Below, one piece after another: positions 62,407 through 64,000 of a stretch of 64,000 nucleotides of DNA (position 1 is the first letter of the stretch; every line of letters starts with the position of its first letter). A model generated the notes under the pieces. The model searched no databases. It was not told the origin of the DNA and saw only the letters and a list, made by a program, of their open reading frames with translations. Origin of the DNA: Octopus sinensis (lineage: Eukaryota); the NCBI RefSeq assembly GCF_006345805.1, contig NC_043000.1, positions 101,990,001 to 102,054,000 on the forward strand. Direction: 5' to 3'. The position numbers and the translations under genes are program-made.

Positions 62407-62410
<4 letters not shown>
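62099..62410 (-). mobile_element. 3' end of an R4/Dong-clade LINE with (AAT)n tail
   Basis: WADCYLTQIPGNPKMAEIQKIVLMGTAHILRKI aligns with the C-terminus of 57785-58195 (GTENYLRMVPGSLSMQEA*KVVFSGTSNVLR). (ATT)n on both sides. Confidence 0.75.
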
Positions 62411-62447
<37 letters not shown>

Positions 62448-63002
62448 GAGTGAGAGAGCAGTTCATGCCATCAAAGTGACACTGGGGTAAAAATATACGA
62501 AGCCCAATATACCCATCATGACTACCCGTCTGATAAAGGTACACCAGGCACATGCATCACAACCATATGTGCGCGACATGGTGATCTCATATCAAGATAA
62601 ACAGCACATGACCTTGCAGGTGGGGCCCAGTTAGAATTTTCTTCAGGTTGAGTAGCCCATCCCGCTCAAACGGTCCCTGAATAAGGGTTGTTTAAGGATG
62701 TTGAAAGAACCACCCATGTTTCCAGAGGTGAACTATTCAAACCCCAAAGAATCCCTCTCAACACATGGCTATGATGCTCCCCCACTACTTCTGCTCGTGA
62801 TCAGAGATGCACATATCGTCAGCCACTAAGGGACATGCTCAACTGGTTAAGGTCACAAACTGACAAGCAAATCTGTGGTATTGAGCAGAATATTTGCTGT
62901 AGCCCATCTTTTATACCAAGACAAAACAATGTACATGATAACACTTCCAATCAGTTAAGATCAGAAGCCATGAGAGCCACTGCCTGGTACTGCATCAGGG
63001 CA
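62448..63002 (-). mobile_element. Non-coding retroposon-like element flanked by (ATT)n, copy 2 (~555 bp)
   Basis: Near-identical to 32271-32785 but ~40 nt longer at the minus-strand 5' end. Confidence 0.85.
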
Positions 63003-63027
63003 TTTATTATTATTATTATTATTATTA

Positions 63028-63093
<66 letters not shown>

Positions 63094-63115
63094 CATTATT
63101 ATTATTATTATTATA
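63003..63115. repeat. (ATT)n microsatellite
   Basis: Read directly. Confidence 0.95.
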
Positions 63116-64000
63116 TTTGCTGCGGAACGCATCGGACATGTTTCCGAATGCTCCAAATAAGTCCAGTTCAAAAATATTTATTTACACCAGGATTGTATCC
63201 TTCGTCAATAATTATCTGATTCCAAGTTGTGAATATAAACACCAAGAACCTATTATTGGCTTTTTATGGTTGTGTAGCCCCCAGAAGGGCGATTTTCGGC
63301 CCACCAAATAATTTCGGTGGGCGTTAAATTTAACTGAATCACATACAAGTCATCAAGAAGGCGGAGCGCGTCTTGAAAGAGTCGAGAAAAAAACAAAACA
63401 AACCCTCCTACTAGTATGGTAATGGATGAAAACTTTCCTCCCATCCCTCCGTCACAGTCAACAATACAGGGGAAGAAGAAGAGGAGGAGGAGAAAAACAA
63501 GACTGTCACGGTACAGTAATCAGCTATTGCAACATAAGTAGTAGCAACAGGGAAAGCAGCCATTTCTACAACTCCAGCATGAACAGCTGCAATAGCATCA
63601 AGAGGGACCCTTGTGAATACAAATACAAAATTGTTTGTCACATTACTAAAACACCACGAGAGGCATCGGAACATTCTGACTCTGATAACTCGCCGCTAGA
63701 TGAAATAGAAGGATGTAGAAAACCTGTGAGATTGAAAGCCATGGAAAATGAAAAGGCAGCAGTCTTCTTTTAATCAGCCATATTACTGCATCATCACTAC
63801 CACCACCACAGCTGCAGCACCACAACAAATCGACGAAACCCGCAACCATATAACTAACAACATCAGGAAAATACACAAACAATAATCACAAAAGAAAACG
63901 ACAAAAAGAAGAACAAAGAAAAATCAAATACAAAAACCATCCAACACTAACAATTCCCCTGTTGTTTTTATATACTGTTCTTTCTTATATTCTTTTACTT

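Overview
AT-rich, microsatellite-saturated eukaryotic DNA, most likely from a coleoid cephalopod (Octopus-like). That assignment is inferred from the recurring tRNA-head SINE families and the extreme (TA)n/(CA)n/(AAT)n density, not from a database match. No host protein-coding gene can be established. Almost all ORFs in the track are microsatellite artefacts or transposon remnants. The window is a transposon graveyard. It holds a full-length but frameshifted Tc1 (DD34E) element with ~223-bp IR/DR-type TIRs, two mariner remnants, two L1/Tx1-clade LINE copies, four RLE-type (R4/Dong-like) LINE pieces, RTE, CR1 and L2/Crack-like 3' ends, Penelope-like (GIY-YIG) remnants, a non-autonomous Helitron with intact termini, several MITE/foldback elements and many SINEs. 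The most interesting signals are three. (1) An apparently intact type I hammerhead ribozyme at 9179-9265 inside a Penelope-like remnant. (2) A ~555-bp non-coding retroposon without a tRNA head, whose two long copies both sit inside (AAT)n tracts; one is stacked on an R4/Dong 3' end. (3) A hammerhead-core-like motif at the 3' end of an RLE-type LINE family. A few weak host-exon candidates are listed at low confidence. Coordinates of decayed elements are approximate and identities are by eye.
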